Positions 48,561 to 56,725 of a stretch of DNA of 64,000 nt are shown here, piece after piece. The number at the start of each line of letters is the position of its first letter. Positions within the stretch are counted from its first letter, which is position 1. The stretch lies in the IMG/VR virus record IMGVR_UViG_3300034111_001607, positions 880 through 64,879 of that record; one strand, written 5' to 3'. The position numbers were made by a program, and so were the translations under genes. Source of the stretch: a virus (lineage: Duplodnaviria > Caudoviricetes). Below the pieces are notes generated by a model. It saw only the letters and a program-made list of their open reading frames with translations. It was not told the origin of the DNA and made no database searches.

Positions 48561-49310
48561 TTAATTATTTTCCTTCAAATACTCCTCAAATATTTCCTTA
48601 GCGTCAATAACTTGTAAGCGGTCATTACCGTCAACTGGTAAAATACCTGTGGAGTTTGTTGTTATGATTTTGTTGATTACCCATTTATTTTTAAATCCCA
48701 AACCACAGACATAATCACATTTACTAAAATCAATATACCGTTCAAAACAATGCAACACACACACATTCACTTCCAAAACTCCATATTTTTCTTTTAGTTC
48801 TTTTGCTACTTTATTTGCTTTTTGAAATTCGGATTGTGTGCCGTGAGGGAGGAAGATGGTTATTGCTTTCCAGTCTCTTATGTCCATTTCAGAGTTTAAT
48901 TCTCTTTTGGGAAAATCTTTTTGATATAAAAACCACGCATCACAATCGTTGGCACATTTGTCAGCTTCCTCCTCACTCAAAAACAAAACCGCATTGTCTT
49001 CTGGTATGTATTTTGAGAGGTTGACATTACTTGACTCCTCGCCATCTAAAACATCGTTTAAAGTTACAAGTGGCGTTTGCGGACTTATTCCATCACGCCA
49101 GCCTAAATTCCAAATTGGTGTGAATATTCTTGCTTTGATACCAAGCCATGAAAGTTTATGTGAAAGTGCAAAAATTGGCGTGCAATCTCCATTCAGTCCG
49201 TCAATATACAAATTCTTTGCATTCGTAAAGTCAAAAGCCTCTGTGCATTCCTTATCTTGGTAAAACTCAATTTCAAGGAGTTCGTTTTTTTTGTGGTGTA
49301 TTTGTTGCAT
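48561..49310 (-). CDS. Degenerate ribose-phosphate pyrophosphokinase (PRPS)-fold protein
   Basis: IFTPIWNLGWRD (cf. PYxxYARQD), AKELKEKYG..V.VCVLHC, INKIITTNS..LQVID; the canonical VDDxxxTGGT loop is absent. Confidence 0.55.
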   Translation of the reverse strand: MQQIHHKKNELLEIEFYQDKECTEAFDFTNAKNLYIDGLNGDCTPIFALSHKLSWLGIKARIFTPIWNLGWRDGISPQTPLVTLNDVLDGEESSNVNLSKYIPEDNAVLFLSEEEADKCANDCDAWFLYQKDFPKRELNSEMDIRDWKAITIFLPHGTQSEFQKANKVAKELKEKYGVLEVNVCVLHCFERYIDFSKCDYVCGLGFKNKWVINKIITTNSTGILPVDGNDRLQVIDAKEIFEEYLKENN

Positions 49311-49325
49311 ATATTTAAGTTTAGT

Positions 49326-49541
49326 TTAAAAAAATAATTCAGAATAAAATTCCTCTTTTTCTTTTATTCTTTGTTTTTTGTTTTCATTAAAACAGGAGCA
49401 ACGAAACTGGTGTGTTAATATTTCAATTTCAACAAGTGCTTCACAATAATGACGGAGTAAAGTTTTTACACGATTTGTCAAAATTTCATTTTCCTTCTGA
49501 AGCTCTCTGTTACTTCTAATATATTTTTTTATATTTTGCAT
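49326..49541 (-). CDS. Hypothetical protein
   Basis: Small coiled-coil ORF. Confidence 0.45.
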   Translation of the reverse strand: MQNIKKYIRSNRELQKENEILTNRVKTLLRHYCEALVEIEILTHQFRCSCFNENKKQRIKEKEEFYSELFF

Positions 49542-49548
49542 AAATCAA

Positions 49549-50085
49549 TCAATTAAATAAATTAGCTATTTTCTCCCAAGTTTCAGGGGTTTGTTCTTCT
49601 AAAAGGTTTGTGTTAAAATCACAAAACTTTCCAACTGGAAGTATATGAATTATTTGGTGTATTTCTAAACCTTTTGCAATATAAATATGGTCTTTTTTGT
49701 TTGTATTTAGTAAATTAAGAACATCAAAAAGTGTTATTGGTCTGCCAAGAATTTGAAAATCTATTACCTTGCCGTGGTTTTGTCGTATTTTATCGGTTAA
49801 ATACAATTGCATATTCCCCCAGTATTCTGTTACAAAAACTTGTTTATACACATCGTTATAATTAGTCGGTTTACTCGCTCCACAAGCAATACCGATTGCT
49901 GAACCATTTATAAAATCTCCTTTAAAATTTACATAGACTCTACATAAATTACCTGCATCGGTATTGCCAAAATTAAAAAACTCCCTCTCCAAAGCCTCAT
50001 CTAAGGTTTTTGCCGTGGGGTTATTATTCATAATTACTTTTTCCCATATCTTTTTGTAGTGTGGGTTTTGTAGTGCGTTTTGCAT
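49549..50085 (-). CDS. Hypothetical protein, tandem paralogue 2
   Basis: Shares KKIWEKVIMN, ILGRPITLFDVL and EEQTPETWEKIANL with 50089-50547. Confidence 0.7.
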   Translation of the reverse strand: MQNALQNPHYKKIWEKVIMNNNPTAKTLDEALEREFFNFGNTDAGNLCRVYVNFKGDFINGSAIGIACGASKPTNYNDVYKQVFVTEYWGNMQLYLTDKIRQNHGKVIDFQILGRPITLFDVLNLLNTNKKDHIYIAKGLEIHQIIHILPVGKFCDFNTNLLEEQTPETWEKIANLFN

Positions 50086-50088
50086 AAA

Positions 50089-50547
50089 TCAATCAATTAA
50101 ATTAGCTATTTTCTCCCAAGTTTCAGGTGTTTGTTCTTCAATTAAATTACTTTTATTGTTTATATCGCATATCTTTTTTACAAAATATTGGAATATATCA
50201 TTAGAAGTATTGCGTGTGACATCAATATTACACAACACAACACAGTTGGTCATTAACGCAAACTCACCGTTCTCTATATTTTTTTGTAACAATTTTAAAA
50301 CATCAAAAAGAGTTATTGGTCTTCCTAAGATATTATAGGTTTTGTCGTAAATTTTTCCCATCTTATTAGACATATCAAAATTTACAATATTTATATGTGA
50401 CGTCGTCTTTGTTAAACCATAATAACACCCAACTTGTGAAAATTCTAATACCAAAGCCTCCTCCAAAGACTCCGCCTCTGGGTGTCTATTCATTATTACT
50501 TTTTCCCAAATCTTTTTGAAGTGGAGGTTGTTAAGTGCTTCTTGCAT
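50089..50547 (-). CDS. Hypothetical protein, tandem paralogue 1
   Basis: Same three conserved blocks as 49549-50085. Confidence 0.7.
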   Translation of the reverse strand: MQEALNNLHFKKIWEKVIMNRHPEAESLEEALVLEFSQVGCYYGLTKTTSHINIVNFDMSNKMGKIYDKTYNILGRPITLFDVLKLLQKNIENGEFALMTNCVVLCNIDVTRNTSNDIFQYFVKKICDINNKSNLIEEQTPETWEKIANLID

Positions 50548-50641
50548 AATATTTTTGATTAATTATTTTCTTAAAGTGATTGGTATCATTTCAGAGCAAA
50601 GGATTTTTATTTCTTGTTTTATCATAAACATATTAAATAGT

Positions 50642-50956
50642 TTAACCTTGTTTGTTGGTGTAATATTTAGCTCCTTTTTCAGAACAAAATGTTTTTATAA
50701 AATTTTTTTCATTAACTTGTTTAGTCATATATGCTTCATAAGTTGTAGTATCATAACAACATTTACCAAGAAATAATTGATTGGGTGCATACCTTTTACA
50801 GTTATTCATATATTCTTCAGATAAAACACAATTATTTATTTGTGGCTTTTCATTACTATTGTTAGTAGTTCCATTTAAAAAATACATTATAAGAGCTGTT
50901 ATTATAGTACCCACTATTGCACCTATTAAAGCATATATTTCAGGTTCTCTGTTCAT
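50642..50956 (-). CDS. Membrane-anchored Cys-rich hypothetical protein
   Basis: N-terminal TM segment and five Cys. Confidence 0.5.
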   Translation of the reverse strand: MNREPEIYALIGAIVGTIITALIMYFLNGTTNNSNEKPQINNCVLSEEYMNNCKRYAPNQLFLGKCCYDTTTYEAYMTKQVNEKNFIKTFCSEKGAKYYTNKQG

Positions 50957-50960
50957 ATAG

Positions 50961-51128
50961 TTATTTATAAATTAATGATTGTTTAGATTTTAAACATACT
51001 TCTGCGTATGATTCTAGGTGCTGCAAACTAAGTTCTTGTAATTCTTTTATACAGTCTACTGAAGCCTGCAAACCTGCTAATTTTGCATCTTGCTCAATCT
51101 TATACATATAGTTAGTAAATTGTTCCAT
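50961..51128 (-). CDS. Small hypothetical protein (55 aa, not in the ORF track)
   Basis: MEQFTNYMYKIEQDAKLAG...LIYK* fills the gap between neighbouring genes. Confidence 0.5.
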   Translation of the reverse strand: MEQFTNYMYKIEQDAKLAGLQASVDCIKELQELSLQHLESYAEVCLKSKQSLIYK

Positions 51129-51134
51129 ATAATT

Positions 51135-51341
51135 TTAATAAATTCCATCTTCATCTGTTTGCTTGAAACCATTGCCAAAAATACCTTGCATACTTTGTAC
51201 AAACATATCTTCATCTTTGTTTTCTTTTTGGTTTTGAAAGCTTTCTTGTAATTTTTTTTGGTTTATAGCAAAATCTTTTTGTGATTGAATAAATTCAGGA
51301 CTGTTGATTATCTCATCTAAAAAAGTTTGAAAGTTTTTCAT
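51135..51341 (-). CDS. Hypothetical protein
   Basis: First ORF after a promoter. Confidence 0.5.
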   Translation of the reverse strand: MKNFQTFLDEIINSPEFIQSQKDFAINQKKLQESFQNQKENKDEDMFVQSMQGIFGNGFKQTDEDGIY

Positions 51342-51389
51342 ATTTTTTTTTGTTAGTTATATATATTTATATAGTGTGTTTTTTAAAAG

Positions 51390-51812
51390 TCAAGTATTTT
51401 CTTTGTTTTTTTCTTTGTTTTTTTCTTGCATTATTTGGTATATATTATCAAAATATTTCATATCATTTTCACGCAACTTTTCAAGCATTTCCCACCCAAG
51501 TAATGCAACACCTTTTTTTGGCTTTTTTACTTTATCAATAATAAATCCATTTCCATTTAAAAATCCTGCAATATCACCGCCATATTCAATACGAATTGCG
51601 TCTCTCAAGCCATTTAGTCTGTTTTGATTTTGCATTAGAATAGCATAAAGTATATCAATACACACACTACCGATGCCATTTTCATACGACCTGTTATACC
51701 AATCTGTTTTAAATCTATATGGAGTAGTTTGAATATATTTGTTATCTTTTAAGATTTTATAAAGACCATCAAGATATTCTGTTAATTTGTGTTTTTGTGT
51801 GCTATGGTGCAT
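51390..51812 (-). CDS. Hypothetical protein
   Basis: 140-aa ORF after the exonuclease gene. Confidence 0.55.
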   Translation of the reverse strand: MHHSTQKHKLTEYLDGLYKILKDNKYIQTTPYRFKTDWYNRSYENGIGSVCIDILYAILMQNQNRLNGLRDAIRIEYGGDIAGFLNGNGFIIDKVKKPKKGVALLGWEMLEKLRENDMKYFDNIYQIMQEKNKEKNKENT

Positions 51813-51819
51813 ATTATTT

Positions 51820-52509
51820 TTATAAATTAATTTGCTTCTTGATATCGTTTTTAATTTTTATTATTTGATATAATGAATTTGCAAACTTTTCAATATCTTC
51901 CTCATTTCGTTCAATTCTGAAAATTGAAAAGCGTTCATCAATGTTTTTAAAACTTGCCGTGTGAATTATGTAATCACAAAACTTGAATTTCTTCTCAACA
52001 AAAAAGCCCATTAAAATTTGTGTATAATACTCTTCATCAATTAAAAAATTCATAATTCCATCACGCTTAACTTTTAAATGCTTCCCTGCATTAATTGTTT
52101 TTATTTCAATAAATCCATCTTTAACCAAACCATCTGGACTAAACCCAAAATTATTACATTCACTTTCAATAAACCCACATTTTTCAACATTTACTAAATT
52201 TTGCTCTTCATAAAAATTAATTGCATCTTGCTCACCTGCATAACCTCGCTCCTGTGCATAAGATGGAATGCGTGGAAACTCTAAAATATCATTTTCATCA
52301 TAAACTACACGCTCTTGACCTATTAATTTAAAAACTTCATCATAAACTGATTGTGCAATTTCCGTTGTTTTACGAACGCTTTTTACCGTCAATTCAGTTT
52401 GTTTGATAAATTTTTTTGCAATAGAACCCGTTATTTTACCGCAACGAATTTCAAACCATTCTTGTGTTCCTTGTTGCATTATTTTGTGTTGTATTGCTTT
52501 GTGTTGCAT
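51820..52509 (-). CDS. YqaJ/lambda-exonuclease family protein
   Basis: QGTQEWFEIRCGKITGS, GFSPDGLV..IEIK, YYTQI. Confidence 0.9.
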   Translation of the reverse strand: MQHKAIQHKIMQQGTQEWFEIRCGKITGSIAKKFIKQTELTVKSVRKTTEIAQSVYDEVFKLIGQERVVYDENDILEFPRIPSYAQERGYAGEQDAINFYEEQNLVNVEKCGFIESECNNFGFSPDGLVKDGFIEIKTINAGKHLKVKRDGIMNFLIDEEYYTQILMGFFVEKKFKFCDYIIHTASFKNIDERFSIFRIERNEEDIEKFANSLYQIIKIKNDIKKQINL

Positions 52510-52516
52510 AAAATTG

Positions 52517-53191
52517 TTAATTACCTTCTTTTTCTTCGTTTACTTTTTGTTGGTTCATCTTTTCTGTTGCAATTTGCACTAATCTTGTTTTTACACCCTC
52601 AAACTTTTCAACAGACAAATCATTTAAGCTTTTAACTTTGTATGCGTTACTAATATCCAACTCGCTTTTTCCTGCACTTTTGCAAAGGTTTTGAAGTTCG
52701 GTATATTGTTCATTTGTGATTTTTACTACATTTGGCAATGTTATATTTGCAATTCTAATTCCACCAGAAACATCTTTACCTATTTTTACAGTTTCATCGT
52801 AAAATATTTCAATTACAAATCCAATGTTTTGTTTCATATCAAGTTTTCCCGTTTTTGATAAAATATGTTTTGCGTTTGTTGTATTTAAAGCCAAAGGTAA
52901 AGACCAAACCTCTTTTTCTTCTGTGTTACCGTTTTTGAAAATGTAAAAATATTTTTCTTTAAAGTGTAAAACCCATTGTTTTTTTTGGCTTGTTTTTTTA
53001 TCTATTGGGTTAATATATGTATTTATACGCATTTCAACATTTTGTATAGTTAAACAAACACTTGCCATTTTACCTGTGCGGGTGTCAACTGGTAATTGTT
53101 CTTTTCTAATAAGACCGTCATCTGTTTTTTTATAATCAGGGCGTGGTGTATAATGTTGTCTTTCATTGTCATTGTATACCATTGTTTCCAT
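52517..53191 (-). CDS. Putative single-strand annealing/recombination protein
   Basis: LALNTTNAKHI..G..IEIF...GGIRI; directly upstream of the exonuclease. Confidence 0.5.
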   Translation of the reverse strand: METMVYNDNERQHYTPRPDYKKTDDGLIRKEQLPVDTRTGKMASVCLTIQNVEMRINTYINPIDKKTSQKKQWVLHFKEKYFYIFKNGNTEEKEVWSLPLALNTTNAKHILSKTGKLDMKQNIGFVIEIFYDETVKIGKDVSGGIRIANITLPNVVKITNEQYTELQNLCKSAGKSELDISNAYKVKSLNDLSVEKFEGVKTRLVQIATEKMNQQKVNEEKEGN

Positions 53192-53316
53192 AATGTTATA
53201 TATTAGTTATACTCAATATAACAACATACTTTTTTAAATGTCAAGTAATTTCTTTGTTTTTTTCTTTGTTTTTTTCTTGACTTTATAAAAACAATAATTT
53301 AATACTTTCATAACTA

Positions 53317-53901
53317 ATGCTGAATAATATGCAAAATATGAAACTTTTAGATTTACAAACAGGTAAATATCTTGAACTTGGGAAAGATTTTTTATACGGT
53401 GGAGGGTATATTACTATATGTGATGGTGCAATGGATATTGCTTGTGGGCAAATTAAAAACCAACCGAATAAATTAAACTTTATACAAGAATATTTTCATG
53501 TATATAAACAATCCGAACCACAAGAACCACTTAAAACCCTTTGTGAAAAAACTGGTGCTGTTATATATGGTGGAAGGTATGTTTTGATGGATAAGATGGA
53601 TGGAACTGTAATGCAAGAAACTCAATATTTTTATAAGAAGCCCAATATAACTTCAAAAAGTAAATCTACTGTAAAATATTATTTGAATAACAATTCTTGT
53701 TTTAAAGTGTTTTGTAGTACATGGCAAGAATTAAGATGGATATGTAATGATGAAGAAGCGAAATTTATTAAAGATGGATATATATTTTGTAAAACATCCG
53801 ATAATGTAATTGTTGAATACGGAAATATCTTTGAAGAATACTCTAAACAACTCCGGAACGAACCAAATAAATTTGAGGAATTAATGGCACTTATTAAATA
53901 A
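53317..53901 (+). CDS. Hypothetical protein
   Basis: 194-aa ORF after a promoter. Confidence 0.55.
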   Translation: MLNNMQNMKLLDLQTGKYLELGKDFLYGGGYITICDGAMDIACGQIKNQPNKLNFIQEYFHVYKQSEPQEPLKTLCEKTGAVIYGGRYVLMDKMDGTVMQETQYFYKKPNITSKSKSTVKYYLNNNSCFKVFCSTWQELRWICNDEEAKFIKDGYIFCKTSDNVIVEYGNIFEEYSKQLRNEPNKFEELMALIK

Positions 53902-54363
53902 ATGAAACTCAAACAATGTAAATCTTGCAAGCAGGAATTTACACCCCATAAATACGCTATTTGTAAAACAAAGTGTAAAGATTGTATATTTGTGAAGCAC
54001 AAGCAAAGGTTGTGCATTTACGCCAAAAAACAAGCAGAAAAACCAAAAAAACCTCAATCTGGCTCCGCCCCAAAAATAGACAAAAAATGGATTGAACTTT
54101 CAAAAGCCATTAAAAAACGAGATGCAGGGCTTCCTTGTATATCTTGTGGAAAATTTATGCAAGAATATGAAATACAAGCAGGGCATTATATAGCAAGAGG
54201 AAAAAGTGTAAAGTTGAAATACGAACCGAGGAATATTCATGCACAGTGTTGGAACTGTAATAATAACCACCAAATGCAACAACAAATGCAAGAGGGGTTT
54301 ACAAAAGGCTTGATTGCACGGTATGGTTTGGAATATGTGGAGTGGTTGGAAAATAATAAATAA
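53902..54363 (+). CDS. ninG: NinG/Rap-like recombination endonuclease
   Basis: RDAGLPCISCG, QAGHYIARG, YEPRNIHAQCWNCN, LIARYG. Confidence 0.85.
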   Translation: MKLKQCKSCKQEFTPHKYAICKTKCKDCIFVKHKQRLCIYAKKQAEKPKKPQSGSAPKIDKKWIELSKAIKKRDAGLPCISCGKFMQEYEIQAGHYIARGKSVKLKYEPRNIHAQCWNCNNNHQMQQQMQEGFTKGLIARYGLEYVEWLENNK

Positions 54364-54366
54364 AAA

Positions 54367-54645
54367 ATGATAACAGAAAAACAAGTAGAGAATTTTTTTG
54401 ATATTCATTGTGTAGAATATGATTATAAACAATATCAATTTACATTTACACATAGAAAGAAAAGGAGAGCAATTGCTATCATTGCTTATTCAGCAAGTTG
54501 TTACACTCAAAGTGAAATAGAAAAATGTATAAAGAAAGCAATAAGATTATTTCATAGACAATATATTTTAAAAGAAAAATGTTATTTTATTAATTACCGT
54601 AATATTTCAAAAATTTTGCCGAAACCTCGTTTTATTCACTATTAA
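54367..54645 (+). CDS. Hypothetical protein
   Basis: Coupled ORF. Confidence 0.45.
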   Translation: MITEKQVENFFDIHCVEYDYKQYQFTFTHRKKRRAIAIIAYSASCYTQSEIEKCIKKAIRLFHRQYILKEKCYFINYRNISKILPKPRFIHY

Positions 54646-54650
54646 GTTAT

Positions 54651-54860
54651 GTGGGTTTTGTAATAAGCAAAGTATAGCCCCACTTACTCTAATTTAACAA
54701 AATGTTAAAACCCCAAAGGCAAAACCTAAGACTTCAATTAGGTAAAGCTATACAACCGCCTCCAGCCCGAGTTTCCACATTTCAAGAATGTGGCAGGTTA
54801 AGCCTACGCTTCCCACGGTTTGATTTACAATTAAGAAACCTTAAAATGCTAGCAATTGCG
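54651..54860 (-). ncRNA. Candidate multi-stem structured ncRNA
   Basis: ORF-free and GC-enriched; several helices whose G-U pairs work only on the minus strand. Confidence 0.5.
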
Positions 54861-54867
54861 ATATAAT

Positions 54868-54941
54868 ATTCACAGGCTGGATTTGAACCAGCGTCATTAA
54901 GTTATTACCCCTAATATGCTTCCAGACTACACCACTGTCAA
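54868..54941 (-). tRNA. Aberrant tRNA-like element (Met/Ile-like; pseudo-tRNA or decoy)
   Basis: Cloverleaf with T arm GCTGG-TTCAAAT-CCAGC and D arm GTGT-AGTCTGGAA-GCAT; 8-nt anticodon loop GGTAATAA; G3:G70 mismatch; no CCA. Confidence 0.65.
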
Positions 54942-54951
54942 TATCTTGGAT

Positions 54952-54980
54952 ATTATAAGATTCTACTTTTTTAATGTCAA
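54952..54980 (-). promoter_or_regulatory. Perfect sigma70 consensus promoter for the tRNA-like/ncRNA transcript
   Basis: TTGACA-N17-TATAAT. Confidence 0.85.
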
Positions 54981-54991
54981 CTTTTTTTTTC

Positions 54992-55019
54992 TTGACTTTT
55001 TAAAATTATAAAATATTCA
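54992..55019 (+). promoter_or_regulatory. Rightward promoter, back-to-back with the previous one
   Basis: TTGACT-N16-TATTCA. Confidence 0.45.
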
Positions 55020-55043
55020 TATTCATAATTCTTGCAAGGAATT

Positions 55044-55117
55044 GTACCATAATCAAAAGTTATGGTACACCCTCTTTTTCAATAGAGGTTAAAAAATTGG
55101 AAGGGTGTACTATTAAC
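55044..55117 (+). ncRNA. Candidate cis-regulatory pseudoknot/switch RNA, copy B
   Basis: Same core and architecture as 12208-12268. Confidence 0.6.
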
Positions 55118-55131
55118 TTATATAAACGATT

Positions 55132-55587
55132 ATGTCAAAAGATATTGATTTTTCTTTTCAAAAAGAACTAAGGCGGGATATAACAAAACTTCAACAAGAA
55201 CTTGAACGCAAGCAGAGTATTTTAAATAAATACCGAAATGAAATGCCAACATTAAATCTTAATGAATTTGAATACTTATATTTCACAGATGAATTTGTAC
55301 TTGAAAAAACAAAAAGAGCAGGATTTTGGTTAAGATGTGAAAAAGCACAAAAAATAATATACGATTTAAAAGATATGTATAATATTGACGGTGTGTTGAA
55401 ATTAGACAAATTTTCAAAAACTAAAATGTTTTCAGGACTATATTTACATTATGCAGAGTGGCTTGGAGAAGAGTATTACAAGTCTGCAAAAATACAAATA
55501 TTTGAAGTATTGCGTAAGCATTCTCTTGAATTAGAATGTTATGTAACAACTTATGGAGATATTGCTACTATACTTGGTGTAATTTAA
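55132..55587 (+). CDS. Hypothetical protein
   Basis: 151-aa ORF directly downstream of RNA element B. Confidence 0.6.
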   Translation: MSKDIDFSFQKELRRDITKLQQELERKQSILNKYRNEMPTLNLNEFEYLYFTDEFVLEKTKRAGFWLRCEKAQKIIYDLKDMYNIDGVLKLDKFSKTKMFSGLYLHYAEWLGEEYYKSAKIQIFEVLRKHSLELECYVTTYGDIATILGVI

Positions 55588-55716
55588 TACTAAAAATTTA
55601 TGAACAAAACGATTATGCCAAATCTTGAAAAAGAGTGGGAGAAAAAAGAAATATCAAAATAATGGTTGACTTTTTGGGAAAAGGCTTTTTAAAAATATTA
55701 AACCTATTGAATTTAT

Positions 55717-56433
55717 ATGTCAGATATTATTAATTTTACCTTTTCTGAAAAAAACTCAAATGTTCGGATTGTTTTAATAAATGCACAGCCATACTTTTCC
55801 TTGCAAGATGTTTGTAATATTTTAAAGATTAACAATATTACAACGCTACGAGAAAGGCTTGACCAAAAAGGGGTTATGTCAAAACTAACCCCTACAAATG
55901 GAGGTGAGCAAAAAATGTATTTTATAAATGAAAAGAATTTATATAAGTGTATTTTTAAATCCAAGAAAAAAGAAGCAGAGAAATTTCAAGATTGGGTATT
56001 TGAAGATGTTTTGCCAACCATTCGTAAAACAGGAAAATATGATATAAGTAAATCAAATTATTTTTTACAACAAACCGAACGCACTACGCAAGTTGAAAAT
56101 TCAAAAAATATTAATTCAATGCAATATCGTAATGGAGGCGTTGAAAATATAAAAGAGTATAATAGATTGAATTGTATTCTTCATTCAAAAAAAACACCAT
56201 CACAATTAAAAAAAGAAGGTAAAGAGCGTGGCTTAAAATCTACACAAATAGCAAGTGGTAAAGAAGTATTGAGAAATATACAGCCTGAGGTTGCTTGCAG
56301 TATGAGTTTAGCAGATGATATTGTGTTAAATGGTGCTTCATTATGGCAAGCATACGAAATTACAAAAGACACACTACCAATTTATGCAAAGCTTTTAAAA
56401 TTGGGTATAGATATTAATGAACTAAAAAAATAA
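55717..56433 (+). CDS. BRO-N domain antirepressor-like protein
   Basis: PYFSLQDVCNIL, GGEQKMYFINEKNLY..S.K.EA.KFQDWVFEDVLPTIRKTG.Y. Confidence 0.9.
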   Translation: MSDIINFTFSEKNSNVRIVLINAQPYFSLQDVCNILKINNITTLRERLDQKGVMSKLTPTNGGEQKMYFINEKNLYKCIFKSKKKEAEKFQDWVFEDVLPTIRKTGKYDISKSNYFLQQTERTTQVENSKNINSMQYRNGGVENIKEYNRLNCILHSKKTPSQLKKEGKERGLKSTQIASGKEVLRNIQPEVACSMSLADDIVLNGASLWQAYEITKDTLPIYAKLLKLGIDINELKK

Positions 56434-56437
56434 ATTT

Positions 56438-56722
56438 ATGAACGAAATGCAAGAAAAATATATAGAAGAAATTCAGATAAAAATAACAGAAGCTTTCGTA
56501 AAAAAGTATTTTAATAAAGATGCAACATATTGGTGGGTAAATGATAAAGTGGGAACTGTATTTTTCATTAATGATTTTTGGGTCGATTGGGAAGTGATAT
56601 TATTTTGTATTTGTAAAAATATTTCAAGCAAGAAGTTTTTCCAATGTTATTCAAGGTTTGAAGAAAATATTGATATAACAAGCCAATTAGAGTCAAAGCC
56701 ATTAATTGAATTTTTAAAATAA
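56438..56722 (+). CDS. Hypothetical protein
   Basis: 94-aa ORF. Confidence 0.5.
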   Translation: MNEMQEKYIEEIQIKITEAFVKKYFNKDATYWWVNDKVGTVFFINDFWVDWEVILFCICKNISSKKFFQCYSRFEENIDITSQLESKPLIEFLK

Positions 56723-56725
56723 AAT

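Noticed and set aside
54651-54941. tmRNA (including the two-piece form), RNase P RNA, or a theta/HDV ribozyme after the tRNA
   Set aside because: No GGGG acceptor start or tag ORF, no GAGGAAAGUCC, and no HDV-like nested double pseudoknot at the tRNA 3' end
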